A stretch of DNA of 63,997 nt, the filler included, from Asterionella formosa (taxonomy: Eukaryota), in the NCBI GenBank assembly GCA_002256025.1. It is 7 parts of 7 records of this genome, joined end to end, with 100 filler letters (N's around TTAATTAATTAA, not from the genome) between each part and the next. Parts side by side here need not be neighbours in the genome. Positions count along the whole stretch, not along the records: positions 58,539 to 63,997 come from NKIB01010925.1; 6 more parts are not named here. One strand, written 5' to 3'. A program made the translations under genes and the position numbers. The stretch's first letter is position 1. Every line of letters starts with the position of its first letter. Below are positions 63,443 to 63,997 of this stretch, piece after piece. The notes beneath the pieces were generated by a model. That model saw only the letters and a list, made by a program, of their open reading frames with translations. It was not told the DNA's origin and did no database searches.

Positions 63443-63505
63443 TGTCCAGAGAATGACGGTGTGGCTACTCTTATTGGGGTGCTATGCCTGACAAATATGC
63501 GGATA
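63443..63505 (+). promoter_or_regulatory. Candidate SECIS element in the GPX 3' UTR
   Basis: ATGAC(63453-63457)/TGAC(63489-63492) core; helix II GGTGTGGC/GCTATGCC; lower helix TGTCC/GGATA; located ~55 nt after the stop codon. Confidence 0.7.
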
Positions 63506-63997
63506 CTTTGATCAAAAGCTAAGTTGTGTCATTTTTGGTATAATTTGGATCAGCTTACACTGTCTTGGTCTTCGCATACTGGCTTCCATCTGAAAAGGGG
63601 AAAATCTCAGATTCTTTCTGTGCATATACACTGATTACTAGAATTCTATATTACATGAGAATGGAATTATATATTTAGAAATTGATTTGTGTCTACATAT
63701 TACTTTTAACTGGTAGTTCCATTTTGTGTCTATGGAAGCCTTCATAATTATGGTAGTCTGACCCTTTGACATGGTAAATCCCTGCCCCAATGTGATGAGT
63801 AATTACAATGTTGTTACGACAGTCTCATAGCAATACATAAATGGTCTCTGCTTTTCTAGGAGGGCAGCTGACCCAAGCTGTTGCTCCAGAAATGCTCAAT
63901 CATGACTCTTGACATTCAGTTGACTGCCAGAAGTATGTTTATGCAAGTGTAGTATGCACAGCTGGTTATCTTTATGCAAGTGTAGTACGCACAGCTT

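Overview
Eukaryotic nuclear DNA, almost certainly from a diatom or another photosynthetic stramenopile. The evidence is GT-AG introns, bipartite 'ASAFAP'-type plastid presequences and a mitochondrial-type presequence on a glycolytic enzyme. The window is not one locus. It consists of seven small scaffolds joined by artificial N-TTAATTAATTAA-N linkers, and the five complete internal scaffolds decrease steadily in size (~9.67 to 9.63 kb), so neighbourhoods across linkers are meaningless. Host genes: a coiled-coil protein, a UBE2G/Ubc7 E2, a CLEC16A/FPL protein, a plastid-type lipoyl synthase, a plastid GGPP synthase, cysteinyl-tRNA synthetase, a protein with at least 4 tandem cytochrome b5 domains, an AMT1 ammonium transporter, a PPR protein, a 2,3-BPG-dependent phosphoglycerate mutase with extensions, two unknown signal-peptide proteins, and a UGA-containing (selenocysteine) glutathione peroxidase with a SECIS-like hairpin. 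Intergenic DNA is rich in decayed DNA transposons (Plavaka-like, Kolobok, pogo/Tigger, Crypton, Harbinger, piggyBac) and fold-back or tandem repeats. The most interesting signals are the Cys-clamped poly-cytochrome-b5 protein, the Sec-GPx whose SECIS-like element lacks the usual AA motif, a TACCGGTA/GTACCAGGTAC motif upstream of most genes, a TTAA-flanked long-TIR fold-back element abutting a Kolobok end, and a (TTAGGG)3 plus twin-hairpin module.
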